Positions 25,262 through 37,655 are shown, counted from the first letter of the stretch. The stretch: DNA of 64,000 nt from Octopus vulgaris (GCA_951406725.2 OX597823.1:26164001-26228000), one strand, 5' to 3'. The notes: generated by a model not told the origin, from the letters alone. Program-made: numbers and translations.

Positions 25262-25520
25262 GATAAATTCATAGATACAACTGAGTGGGCAAACAAAAAT
25301 ATGAGACACAGTCTAGTGCTTTTTTTTATGTTGATAAGCCTGGTACTTATTCTATTAGTTTGTTGTTGTGAAACCAGTAAGTTATGGGGATGTAAATAAC
25401 TGAACACCAGTTGTGAAGCAGTGATGAGGTCGAAACATAGAGACAAAGACACACACATACACTTACATATATACATACGTATATATACGATTGGTTTGTT
25501 TCAGTTCGTGTCTACGAAAT

Positions 25521-25557
<37 letters not shown>

Positions 25558-25972
25558 CATACACGCACACACACACACACACACAAAGAGAAATTTATAG
25601 ATACAACTGAGTGGGCAAACAAAAATATGAGACACTGCCTAGTGCTTTTTTTTTATTTTGATAAACCTGGTACTTATTCTATCAGTTTCTTCTTGTGACA
25701 CCAGTAAGTTATGGGGATGTAAATAAACGAACACCAGTTGTGAAGCAGTGATGAGGCTGAAACACAAAGACACACACATAGACTTACATATATGCATACA
25801 TATATATACAACTGATTTCTTTCAGTTTCTGTCTACAAAATCCACTGACAAGGATTTGGTTGGTCTGAGGCTATAGCTGAAGACACATGCCAAGATACCA
25901 CACAGTGGAACTGAACTGAGGACCATGTGTTTTGGAACCAACTTTGTTACCACACAGCCACACCTGCACCTA
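25262..25972 (-). repeat. Local tandem duplication of a SINE A 3' part plus flank
   Basis: ATAGATACAACTGAGTGGGCAAACAAAAATATGAGACAC occurs at ~25270 and ~25597, each followed by SINE sequence. Confidence 0.85.
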
Positions 25973-26242
25973 TGTATGTGTGTGTGTGTGTGTGTATATG
26001 TATGGATGTATATATGTATGCATGTATATATGTGTATATATATGTGTACATATTACATGTACATCTATATATATATATATACATCTACACATACATGTAT
26101 ACATATACATATACATGTATATCTATAGAAATACATCTATACATATACAGCTATACATGAACATATATATGTATATCTATATATATGTATATATATATAC
26201 GTATATCTATATATATGTATACATGTATTATATGTGTACGTA

Positions 26243-26690
26243 TCTATATATATAAAACTGAGAATGCGTGTCTATCTGTCTATCTATCTGTCTGTCTCTG
26301 TGAATCTCTAAAACTTGAGAACTACACAACCAATTTCATTCAAATTTTACACATGCCTTACTTAGGATCCATGTAGCAGAAAAATAAATTTTAACTTCTT
26401 GCCTAGGGCGAGCCCACAGCAATATCATAGCTTCTCCACTATTTCAGTATTATGTGTTAAAAGTGAAACAAAAACATCTCTCTATTGTAATGTCAGATGC
26501 TTTCACTTTAATAATGAAACTATTAAAGTCAAACTATTATACAAGAGGGATGTACCATTAACAGTGGACATCCATTTTGCTAGAAGAAGATCTGCTATGG
26601 TCTTATATGCTACACCACTGGTTTTCAATACATATTAATCAAATTAATATTCAATTTTTCACCCTTATTATTTTAAATTTAAATTTACAT
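26243..26690 (+). mobile_element. Helitron-like 5' fragment
   Basis: A|TCTATATATATAAAACTG start followed by (CTGT)n; no 3' CTAG hairpin seen. Confidence 0.5.
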
Positions 26691-26865
26691 GTATATATAT
26701 ATATGTAGATGTATACATATACATGTATATTTATATATACATCCATATCTATACATATACATATATATATATATTCATGTTTATGTATACATCTGTATAT
26801 ATATATATATATATACATGTAAATTTAAATTTAAAATGATATGGGTGAAAAATTGAATATTAATG

Positions 26866-27462
26866 TTGAGCCTCACAGAGGTAATGACAAGTGACCGAGA
26901 CCTCTGGCAATCTGCTGTGTGTGAGAGATAGTCAGGCCAAATGAAATCATAGTGTGGCCATACTGGTGTAATGTAAATGGCACCCATGAAATTGTAATTG
27001 TGGCCATTACTGGTGCCATATAAATAGCACCTGTGAAATCAGTCAGGCTGTTGCCGTGCCTTGTAAATGGTACCTGTGAATTATAGTCATAGTCATTGAC
27101 AGTGCCATGTAAATAGCACCTGTAAATTGTAGTTCTGGTTGTTGATGGTGCCATGCATTTCCACATGTAATGGGCACTGGTGAATTGTCGTGGTTGTTGT
27201 CAGTGCCATGTAAATGGCACTCATGAATCATAGTTCTGGTCACTGCCGGTGTCATATAAATGGCACCCATGCCAGCAGCATGTAAAAGGACCCATTGCAC
27301 TCTTGGAGTGGCTGGCATTAGGAAGGGCATCCAGCCATAGATACCATGCCAAATCAGACTGGAACCTTGTGCAGCTTTCCAGCTTATCAGCTCCAGTCAA
27401 ACTGTATAATCCATGCCAGCATGGAGAGAGAGTGTGCATTAAATGATATTGAAATGATGATG
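26866..27462 (+). mobile_element. RTE-LINE 3' end with tandem GTGCCATGTAAATGGCACC units
   Basis: DRDLWQSAV-type ORF end, ~44-bp imperfect tandem units, conserved tail ending in (GAT)n. Confidence 0.75.
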
Positions 27463-27481
27463 AATATATAAATATATATAT

Positions 27482-27666
27482 CATGATAGATCGTTAGCCA
27501 CTACACACATTTTTTTCTCTCCTTGTTTTTTCTGTGTCCCTTTCTGTAGAAGAGCATAGGCTCAAAATGTAAAAGACTTTTTCTATTCCTGAGTGTTATA
27601 CTAATACATCTGTTTGTTTTGTGCACCACCTGTCTTCGTCTTTTGCTTTTTTTGTAAACTCTCCCT
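27482..27666 (+). mobile_element. Penelope-like terminal repeat with hammerhead-like motif
   Basis: CTTT-CTGTAGA-A-GAGC ATAG GCTC-AAAATGT-AAAAG at 27540-27575 (CpG-decayed CGAAACG); inserted in (TA)n. Confidence 0.5.
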
Positions 27667-27687
27667 ATATATATATATATATATATT

Positions 27688-28902
27688 GTCTTTGTGTGTG
27701 GAAGATGTGCTGGTACAATGAACACTAAGAATGTACAAGGAATAGACTTCCTTAAATGTCCGGTGGGGGCTCTTTGAAAGTAGTAGATAGCTTCTGTTAT
27801 CTAGGTGACCAAGTTACTAGTAGAGGAGGAAGTTCTGGAAGCGTAATTGTTAGAATAAGAACAAGCTGGGAAAAGTTCAGTGAGTTATTACCTTTGTTGT
27901 TAAAAAAGGGCCTCTTACTAAGAGTGAAAGGTAGATTGTATGGTGTCTGTGTGCAAACAGCTATATTAGGTGGCAGTGAAACATGGTCTGTGACAACTAG
28001 GACATGCAAAGGTATGAAAGAAATGAAGCTAGCATGCTCTCTGAATGGGTATTGTCACTGCGCATGTGTGACAGAGTGTAAATGATTTTAGAGAAAAATT
28101 GGGTATAAGAGGTATCAGTTGCAGTGTTGTAAGAGGGAAGATTGTACTGGTTTGGTCATATGATTCATATGGTCGAGGACAGCTGCATAAAAAAGTGCTG
28201 ATCTCTAATTGTGGAGGGAACCAGTGGAAGGGATAGATCTAATAAGATGCAGGATGAAGTAGTGAGAAAGGATCTTCAGATGTTGGGCCTCATAGAGATG
28301 ACAAAGGACTGAAATATTTGGTGGTTTGCTGTGTTTGAGAAGACATGTCAAGCTTAGTAAAATTGTGTCCATCCTTACATGCAGGTATGTCTGCAGTGTC
28401 CCTCCTCTCTCAACAGAGAGGACCCTTCCCTTGAAGGCTTACAGGTGCCGGTGCCATGTAAAAAGCACTTGTGTTGGTGCCACATAAAAGCGTCCATGCT
28501 GGTGCAAAGTAAAAGCACCCGTGCTGGTGTCACATACAAGTTCCCATGGCAGTTCCACATAAAGAACTTGTGCCCATGCCCCACAACTGCATCTGTACTC
28601 GTGCCACATTAAAGTATCCATGCATCTGCTATGTATAAGTGCCTGTGCTAATGTCATGTAAAAATGCCTGTATTGATGTCACATAAAAGTGACTGTGCCA
28701 CAGCCAAGTAAACATGCCCATGCTGGTGTCATACAAAATCACTGGTGCTGGTGCCATGTGAAACGCACATAGTACATTCTGTAAAGTAGTTGACATTAAA
28801 AAGTGCATCAAACCATAGAAAACATGCCAAAATAGAGCAACTCCCCAGCTGGCCAATTCCTGTCAAACTATCCAACCCATGGCAACACAGAAAGTGGATG
28901 TC
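27688..28902 (+). mobile_element. RTE-clade LINE, 3' part, decayed
   Basis: ORF 27756-28085: VVDSFCYLGD...RIRTSWEKFSELLPLL...LRVKGRLY..CVQTAILGGSETW, then the characteristic 3' UTR. Confidence 0.88.
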
Positions 28903-28904
28903 AA

Positions 28905-29378
28905 GTGGCCGTGTGGTAAGAAGCTTGCCTCCTAATCACATGGTTCTGGGTTCAGTTGCACTGTGTGGCACCTTCGGTCCTCTCGACTGAGAGAGGAGGA
29001 ACACAGCAGACATACCTGCATGTATGGATGGACACAATTTTACTTAGCTTGACATGTCTTCTCTAGCACAGCAATCCACTACTATAGCCTCAAGCTGACC
29101 AAAGCCTTGTGAGTGGATTTGGTAGATGGAAACTGAAAGAAGCCTGTCATATATATATATATATATTTGTGTTTGTGTCTGTACTCGTCCCTCCACTATT
29201 GCTTGACAACTGATGTTGGTGTATTTACATCCCTGTAACTTAACAGTTCAGCAAAAGACACCGATAGAATAAGTACAGGGCTTACAAAGAATAAGTCCAG
29301 GGGTTAATTTCTTCAACTAAAAGCAGTGCTCCAGCATGGTCACAGTCAAAATGACCGAAACAAGTAAAAGAATAAACG
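28905..29378 (+). mobile_element. SINE family A interrupted by an inverted ~100-bp insert
   Basis: Head 28905-28975, body and tail 29080-29378. Confidence 0.85.
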
Positions 29379-29974
29379 AATATATATATATATACTCACA
29401 CACACATCATCATCATCATCATTTAACATCCATATCCCATACTGGCATGGGTTGAATAGTTTGACAGGATCTGATGGGCCTAAGGACTGTATTGTGTTCC
29501 AGTATCGCACATGTTTGGTGGTTGGATGCCCTTCTTAATGCCAACCACTTTACAATGTGTACTGGGTGCTTTTTCATGCCACTGGCATGACTAAGGTTGC
29601 CATGCAGCTTACAAGCCAGCAAAACTCAAGGAGTGGGTAGGGAAGTTTGTCCTATGCTAGATGGGGGTTAAGGTATGAGAGATGTTTGGGTAGAGCAGGT
29701 TCTTGTAGAGAAGCTGCATGGGTGCACACATTTAGAGGAGAGAGTGAGAATGAATCATTAGTATATTGGCAAAGAAATAAACAGGTGGTACCTCAAAGTA
29801 CAAGGTCAGTAGACGTGAGTGGGAACAGGGAAAATAAGAGTGTGAGTGGGCGGGGGTTTGCAGAGTAAATGGGATGGGGACAAGAGATAGAAAAAGTGGG
29901 TTGAGAGGGGGTAGGCAACATCTCTAAAGATTGGATAGAGTTGAAGGGTGGATGGAAGGAAACACACACTCACA

Positions 29975-30192
29975 CACAGGGGCTGCTGAGAAGCTCCTGG
30001 CTTAAAGGGTATTGTGAAAGGCTTGGTTGGAGGCCCAACCTTCCATGTTCTTTTACAGGGCTAAGAAAAACTGAAAGACTGCTGCAATAAGTTGGCGAAT
30101 CTGAGAGGGGAATATGTTCAATAAAATCACAATGAATTGATCCTCCTGTATTTTCTTTTACCCAAACGCAGGAACTTTTTGGCACCGTCTCG
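29975..30192. mobile_element. Mariner-type MITE
   Basis: Imperfect TIRs AGGGGCTGCTGAGAAGCTCCTGG and GCAGGAACTTTTTGGCACCGTCTCG followed by TA. Confidence 0.65.
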
Positions 30193-30253
30193 TACGTACA
30201 GACATATTATTAGTCCATAAGTCCCATCATATATATCTCTATCTATCTATCTA

Positions 30254-30310
<57 letters not shown>

Positions 30311-31199
30311 GTATTTATGTATATATACATATATGCATATATGTGTTTATATTTATGTTGTGCTCTTTCATGTCCAGTAACCTTATAGTTCAACAAATGG
30401 AGAATAATAAAATAAGTACCAGACTTGAATGACCACTGGGGTTATCAAGTTCCTTAAAACTGGTGCCCCATCATGGCCACAATTCACATAACTAGTAAAA
30501 TAATAAAAGTACATATATCTATAAAGTATGTGTAAAAATTCTCTAAAAATGCATTGATTTTGGTATTTCTTTATTCTTGCTTTTTGGCTGTTTTCCATTA
30601 AAACATATTTCTCTAACCCCAGGAGGAGATTATTTCAACATAGTTATTTCATTTGTGGGCAATCCATTCTCTCATGTGATGCTAAAATAAAATAACAAAT
30701 AAATAATAACTATATAACTAAATAATAATAATAATGAAACGAAAAATGTAACTATAATTAAATTATAAATTAATAAACATGTATATATATTATTTCTTTA
30801 TGAAATTAGTACAAAAAAATTAACATTTTGAAGTTAATTAACATTATCTAATATTAACTTTTGCTAAAAAGGCAAAGAGAAAAGATGAAAATTTTTATCC
30901 TTTTTTTGAAAATTTACTTCCTCCCTAAAGTATAATTGTCATTTTTCAGTTCCTTTAATAGACAGCAAACATTAAAATTAATTTTTTTGGAGGAATTAAT
31001 TATAATTTTATAGAAAATTATTCCTTTTTTCTCTTTTACTCTCTTGAAATAAACCAAGAAGTGAGAATTTTATTACCTTATAAAAGAAATTGTAATAATT
31101 TCTTTATCTAAAAACTGATCCCTAAATTATTTCATAAATAAATGTCGTGCTTGTTCCCTAAAAGCCTTTCCTTTCCATAGTTCCATTTACCGAAAGTAA

Positions 31200-31517
31200 A
31201 TACAAAAGTAAAATAGAACTGAGGAAAGAAAATGATTGAGGGAAAGAGAAAGAAAGAGTGAAGAAAGAATTCATAGAGAAAGAGAAAAGAAAAAGTGTTA
31301 GAGAGAATGGGAAAGAAAGAAAAAACAAGGGGAAAGATATGATAGAAAGAATGTGTTAGAGAGAGCGAGAGAGAGAAAGAAATGATAGAGAGAAAGTGAA
31401 AAAAGAAATGATAGAGAGAAAATGAAAAAGAAATAAGAGAGAGAGAAAGAGAGAGAGAGAGAGAATGAGAGAGAAATAAATAAATGATAGAGAGGGGAAG
31501 TGAGAGAGCGAGAAAAA
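31200..31517 (+). repeat. Polypurine (GA/GAAA) low-complexity tract
   Basis: Directly visible. Confidence 0.85.
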
Positions 31518-32149
31518 TTAAATACATCGATGGAAAAACAACAAAAAGCTGTTATGAAATTATTTCATTTTCAGTTTAGAACAAAAGGTAGCGGCGTTTC
31601 ACGGGTGTATATATATAAATATATACATATGTATATATATATATATGTATATGTAAATGTATATGTATGTATGTACATGGTGTCGGTCACTAGTATAAAC
31701 TTATATTATAAAACAATCAACTAACACTTCCATTTAATAAGTTTATTGTGTGTAAAAATTCTACACTGAATTTAATATAAAACATATGTACACACATTTG
31801 TATATATGAATATATGTCTATGTAGTGTTGTTTTTCTTTCAATTCCATACTTTAATTATTCTTTCTTCAATAACATCGAACTCACACTCAACGTCTATTT
31901 ATAGTTAATTATAAATTTACTACAAGATAAACTGAAGATCTCAATTTAAGGACCAAATTCGCATTTAAGTGCTTTCATGACGTACATTGATAATAATAAT
32001 AATAATAAAAAAACAACATGAAGACAAATTTATTCATAGCCCATCCCATATCCTTTCTTTGGTTCGTTTTTCTTTTTATTCATCATCAATTTCCTTACGA
32101 ATGTTGTTATCCAAGAAAACCGAATGTTTCTAGAAGAACGTAAAGCCCC

Positions 32150-32280
32150 TTAATAAAGGCAAGCACTTAGGCCAGGCTAAAGCTGTCGTATGTCACAACC
32201 ATGAGGCGTTGAACACGATTGTGCTTTTTTACCCAGAATCCTCAGTATCAGTGGCTACCCACAACTGAAGCCGAAGCGGC
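32150..32280 (+). promoter_or_regulatory. Putative promoter with ZNF143/STAF-like sites
   Basis: TACCCAGAATCC (32230-32241) and TACCCACAAC (32256-32265) lie just upstream of a strong splice donor, in a CpG-retaining, transposon-free region. Confidence 0.45.
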
Positions 32281-32344
32281 CTTTACATCTGTGGAGCTTC
32301 TCGCTTTGGTTAGCTCCTGCTTTTGTCGCCAGAGTACGTCCACG
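32280..32344 (+). other. Putative non-coding first exon of an unidentified gene
   Basis: GC-rich segment ending in consensus donor ACG|GTAAGT (GT at 32345). The start position is a guess. Confidence 0.55.
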
Positions 32345-33023
32345 GTAAGTGCGCCGAACCTTCCTCTCTAGCATCGTGCGTCGTTCGTTTTATGTCTACG
32401 TTCAATCGTTTCAATGTGTCTTCTTCTTTGTAGAGAAAACTGTTAGTTGTTTATGTTATTTTCATTTTTTTGGCTCTCTCGTTCACTCGAAGTGAGGGTC
32501 ACCCTTCGTCCTCAGCATGACCATTGTGGAGTCTCCGCCGCCGCCGCCACTACTATCACCAACGCCGCCGCACACACGCACACACGCCACATTCTCTTTC
32601 TTTGAGACTATATGCGAAAATGAGGGCAACACACTTAACGCTTCTCTCTTACATGCTGTTATATATATATTTTCTATATTTCCTTTCATTAGCTCTACAG
32701 TATTTGTTTGTATTTTCCCTTCATTACTCATCTGCTCGGAAAACATATCTGCAATACTATTCTGTAAAAATTCTAAAGCGTGCCATGATAAGCAAACCAG
32801 CTAAAGGTGCTACCACCTCAGGCGGATATATATATGGATATATATATTATTCGGCAGTGAGACAGGGCAGTTAGGTTATTCATATTTTGTTTTCATATAC
32901 ATTTCTCTTATTTTCATTTTGATTTCCAAGTCCATTTCCCTAATTTTTTTCTAAACTCATTAACCTTTTATTGAAGTTGAAGATCAGGCAAAGGAAACAA
33001 AACCGATCCCCCTTCACACAAAT

Positions 33024-33059
<36 letters not shown>

Positions 33060-35300
33060 AATATACATACATACACACGCACAACAAACGTGTATGTATA
33101 TGCACCATGGATTATGGAAAAATCTTTTCCGAGCGCCGATCAACCTTGGTTAACACTTTGCTCTCGCCAAACAAACGATTAGTTAACTCGGAGATTTGCC
33201 ATTTTTCCTCTTTTATTCAAGTATTTCGCCCTCACTTATATATATCGTGTGTAGGAAAAGTGAAATAAAATTCCCTAACAAAAGACAGCAATTGGCATGT
33301 GAGAGATGGTTGACGACCAAGTGGATGCTTTGTGAACAATAAAAGCAGCACAAATGTGTGTGTGTGTGTGTCGGCAACATACAGACCCACACTTAAGCAC
33401 AGATTTGTTTTTTTTTGGTCGCAGGTTGTTTAAACTATAAGCATTTTATTTTGGAGTATATCTGGGGTCGGGATTTTAAAAATTTATTTTAGTCGGGAAT
33501 GAAAAGGGTGTTTGTTTTATTACGTTTACTTTCTTTTTTGGAAAACGGGAAATTATTTTGGCAAGGTTGGTCGGAGAAAGAAAAAAAAACCCAGCTTGTA
33601 ATATTGTCATTGGGACCAAGTCAAGGACTGGATATAGAATAAGATGTTTCCTTGTTAACATTAATTTTTCTCTGTCTTCACTACGGTCCTTGTTTCTATT
33701 TAAGAATTATATAGCTATATATATGTGCGTATATAAATATATACACGTATGTAATAGTTAAGTGACTGTGTGTGAAAGGTACCTAGTAAACGAACCACAA
33801 AGCCGCCTCACCAGAAGGTTCCACACCCCATCACCAGGCCGGGCATGCGCATTACATCTTCTTATCTCTCTATTCGGTCAAGCTTTTACTCTTTCTCCCT
33901 CTTTTCATCTCTCTATTACTTTTAGTTATCTTAATGTCCGTCTCTCTCATTCTTTTATCACTCTCTCTCTTTCTTTATAGTGTCTCTTTTTATCCGCTAT
34001 TCTCTATATCCCTCTTTCATATTGCTCTGTCTTTCTACATACACGCTGCTATCTACAACTTTTATACACCAGACGATGTATAAATACTACAAATATATTT
34101 ATGTTTGCATTGTTTCTCACTTATTAGCTGTTAATAAACAACATAAACCACCTGCCAGTAATTGAAGTCTTATATCAGCAATTTTAGTTATATATATATA
34201 TAATTTATCCTTTGCTGTTTTTCTTTTCTCTTGTCTAATTGCCCTTAATAATACCCATTAAGATCTTTCTCTTTAAGAGGAAACAAAAACAACTTCCCAT
34301 TTCATGTACCTCCCTACCATATGTCAACTGACTGGAAACGAAGAAAAATAAATCCCGTATTCAGTATATATTACGTGAAATTAGTTGAGAATTTTTTTGT
34401 TTCAAAATAGTCTATATGCTAACCCCTTGAGGCCGTTGAAACGGTTTCCCTTACCCTATTTATTTACAGAATTACTCAGAAAACGTTTTATTCTTTTTGA
34501 CTAGAAATTATCCGAAACAAAATCCAAAGAAAAAGCATCAGAAGAAGCAAATATGTATTCGATTAATTTTTCTGTTAAACCCTTTAATCGGAGGTTTCTG
34601 TCGGGTTAGTAGGAATATATAGAAGTTAGTGACTGTGCAAAAAATATATAATGGTTTGATAAAAATATGAAAGGTTGTTTTTTTTTGCAGACGTGAAAAA
34701 TGGAACTGCTAAGCTGGCATATGGGATATTTTTGTGCGCGAAACTTTTCTTTAGCAGGTGTTCCTCTCATGTTTATCCCACTACAGCGCTTTGTTAAGCA
34801 TTCTGAGTTCCCCCTCACCCTCCACGAATTTATATGTGGATATTTTGCCTTTTATTTATTATATGAGTGAATGAATCAAGTTATTACATTTCCTTGTAAT
34901 TGCTGAGCATCTGATAAAAGAGGCCTTCTAGTTAACCGGCTAGATAGAGAGGAGGTGGTAGGTCTCTTGGACTGCTTTTCCTGCTACTACAGTATCATTG
35001 AATTCGCTCACATCCGTTTTTATTCTGCTTCTCCTGCCTATTCGCCCTTCATCCTCACATCCGCCAGCTTTCTCTCCCTAATTAGGTAAAAAAAAAGTAA
35101 AATAAATAAATAGAATAAAGCATTAAGAGTTGGTCGGCCCTTCATGTTCTAACTCCATTTCTTTATGTATGAAGTACTCCCACCACCACGTGTGTTCTAT
35201 GAAACTAGAAAGAATTCTGTCCCTGCTCTATCGTTTTTGTATCGATTTTACCAAGCTCTCTCTCTCTCTCGTCCCATACCTTTCTCTTGTTGGTTCGCAG

Positions 35301-35480
35301 CCTCACACATGAATTCACAAATGTCAGCAGGCAGCCGATGCGAGGATTTAGTTTATCTCTTTCCTCCTCCATCGCCAGCGAAGCGATAGACGTAGAGTGC
35401 TGCTGATGTTATTGAGGGCGCCCTCCACGGATAACACTTCATACAACCACTATCTTTTCTTGCTCTAGATTATACAGAAG
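35301..35480 (+). other. Putative 5' UTR exon with uORFs
   Basis: Long pyrimidine tract plus GCAG| acceptor at 35300; AAG|GTGAAT donor at 35481; all three frames closed. Confidence 0.45.
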
Positions 35481-37049
35481 GTGAATTCTAATTTCGGTTG
35501 CTGCTATTCTAATTTTATATATATATATAGATAAAATATGGGGAATAAATAATAAAAGTTTTCGCTTGTTATTGCCCCCCTCCGTCTGTTTTTACTTCCA
35601 TTTACACAGTCACACGTTCACACACATACACATCTAATCTCTGTTCTTTCTTTTCTCTCTTTCTCTCCACTCTTCTCTCTCCTCTCATGGTATAAGGAGG
35701 TCGGATTATATACGCCAGCAACCTTCTGGCTGCTTTCGATATCCACACGCTGTTTTCTTCGTTGAAACCAGCCTGCTCCTCTGCATGACTCATGTCTAGG
35801 AAAAAGAAGCCTGGTCACAACTAGAGGGAAGGCGAGCAGCAGACAGACTTGAGGACCCTGACTCATGTATCTAGTTGCGGTAGACAGACGGACTAAGCGA
35901 CTAGGTCAGGGAAAGAGAGAGACAGAGAAACCTTTTCTCTCAATTCAGTGTGCTCCTCCTACTTCGCGTTTTTTTTTTTACCTTTTCGTTAGTTTCCTCT
36001 TTGCTTTGCATAACATTATTCACCTCTCCCTACTTAAAATAAAATTGAAAAGCTTCTCTGTAATGAGGGCCGTGTCTAAGGTAACATTGATAGTGGCAAT
36101 GAAAAAGAAGAAAAAAAAAACCTCCATGAATGCATGGTGGCCAAAGACCTTCCCCTCCTCAATCTCATTGCAAATTGCTGTGGGGGAAATGTAAGGCCTA
36201 TGACCATTATGTTATGATGAGACGAGAAACAACAGAGAAGAACCCTTTGTTAAAGCTAGAAGAGAGAGGAAGCAGCAGCAGAAAATGAGAGGATTACAGT
36301 GGATCTGTCACGGGACCCGTAATCTCTTGTAGCTAGGACACAGATGCTGCTGAAAAATATTTCACTCCTTCGCACAAACACAGGCCTCATTTTATGGCCT
36401 TTCTAAAATATTTATTTTTCTCTGCCGATATTGAACGAAGGTGGCTGGAAATAAACATATTTTTTAGTTGGGGCCTAGCAATGTAGTGAGGGAAGTTTTT
36501 TTCCCCAGTCTGTGTTATAGAAGCTTTTAATGGAGATGATGAGAGAAGGGAGATGTGGAGGTGGTGGTGGTTGGTTATGATGGGTTACTGAAAACCGAAG
36601 ATGACAATTTATCTTATTAACGGACGGCAAATGTCCGGTATTTCTCTTTAAATAAATGATTATTTTAAGAAGTTGGCGTTTTAAAACTATTGTGAATAGC
36701 ATCAGTGAACTGATATAATTTACAAAACCACATCAATTAAACTAATGAACGCCACATAGTCTTTATTTCTCTTCTCATGAATCTGTGGCCTTGTCCCGAT
36801 ATAACCAATGTTTTTTCTTTTTACTTCTCTATTATGTGAGACAAGCATAATCTCATTTTTCTTTCCTTGGGGGCCTTATGCTTCTTTAAGCTAATATTTA
36901 CTTTCTCAGTCAACGATAAAAGAATTGTCAAACTTTTTATTTATATATTTTACTTGTTACGGTTTGTTTACAGTTTAATTTTGAATCGGTTATGAATTAT
37001 AACAGATACCGGTTTATTAACCAGCACCTATGCACTCAGCCTTGTTTGT

Positions 37050-37655
37050 AGAGAGCCTCTGCGAGGCCATTCAACCTGCTAGAAATAGCAATGTCTACCT
37101 CAAAGCACACCCTACCGTTTTAGAAAAAGAAAGGACGCATTCAATAATGTAGTCGAAAAATCCAGCAAGAATTACCATTTATCCTAGATCTGTTTGATCA
37201 GGGTTGACTCTTTACGAAACAACAACCTTACGTACACGAGCCAATGATGGAGATTTTATGCGGTCACTCGATGCTAGAAACAACAGCCAAAACTTTCTCA
37301 AAGCACACGCTTCATCCTTAGAAAGAAAGAAAAACATTGGATAATTTTTTCCTAAATATAATGTCTGAATAAAACGCAGGCTGGTTCTTGTTGGAACACC
37401 TTTTGATCATAGGTCTGTTTGATCATGACTAACTTACGCTAAACAACTTTATATACTCAAGCCATCAAGGCAACCTCTATGCGGTTACTCGATCTGCTAG
37501 AAATAGTAGCCAAATCATCTTGAAATCACATTCTACTATTAACGCATTAGGAAATATAATCTTTCGAATACAAAAGGACGAGAGGGTCTTAGCTGGAACA
37601 CCTTTGATAATAGGTATACTCTTTCTTGGCTGACTTGGGGCTAAACAACAACCTT
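37050..37655 (+). repeat. Three head-to-tail ~200-bp copies of an old (AAC)-tailed repeat
   Basis: CTGCTAGAAATAGC...TTTGATCA...AAACAACAAC three times. Dispersed copies at ~3255-3580 (-), 15170-15340 and 60780-61070. Confidence 0.7.

Noticed and set aside
35338-35435. TGC TGC TGA TG resembling the antizyme +1 frameshift site
   Set aside because: Not UCC-UGA, and the +1 frame stops after nine codons (DVIEGALHG*) with no antizyme similarity.
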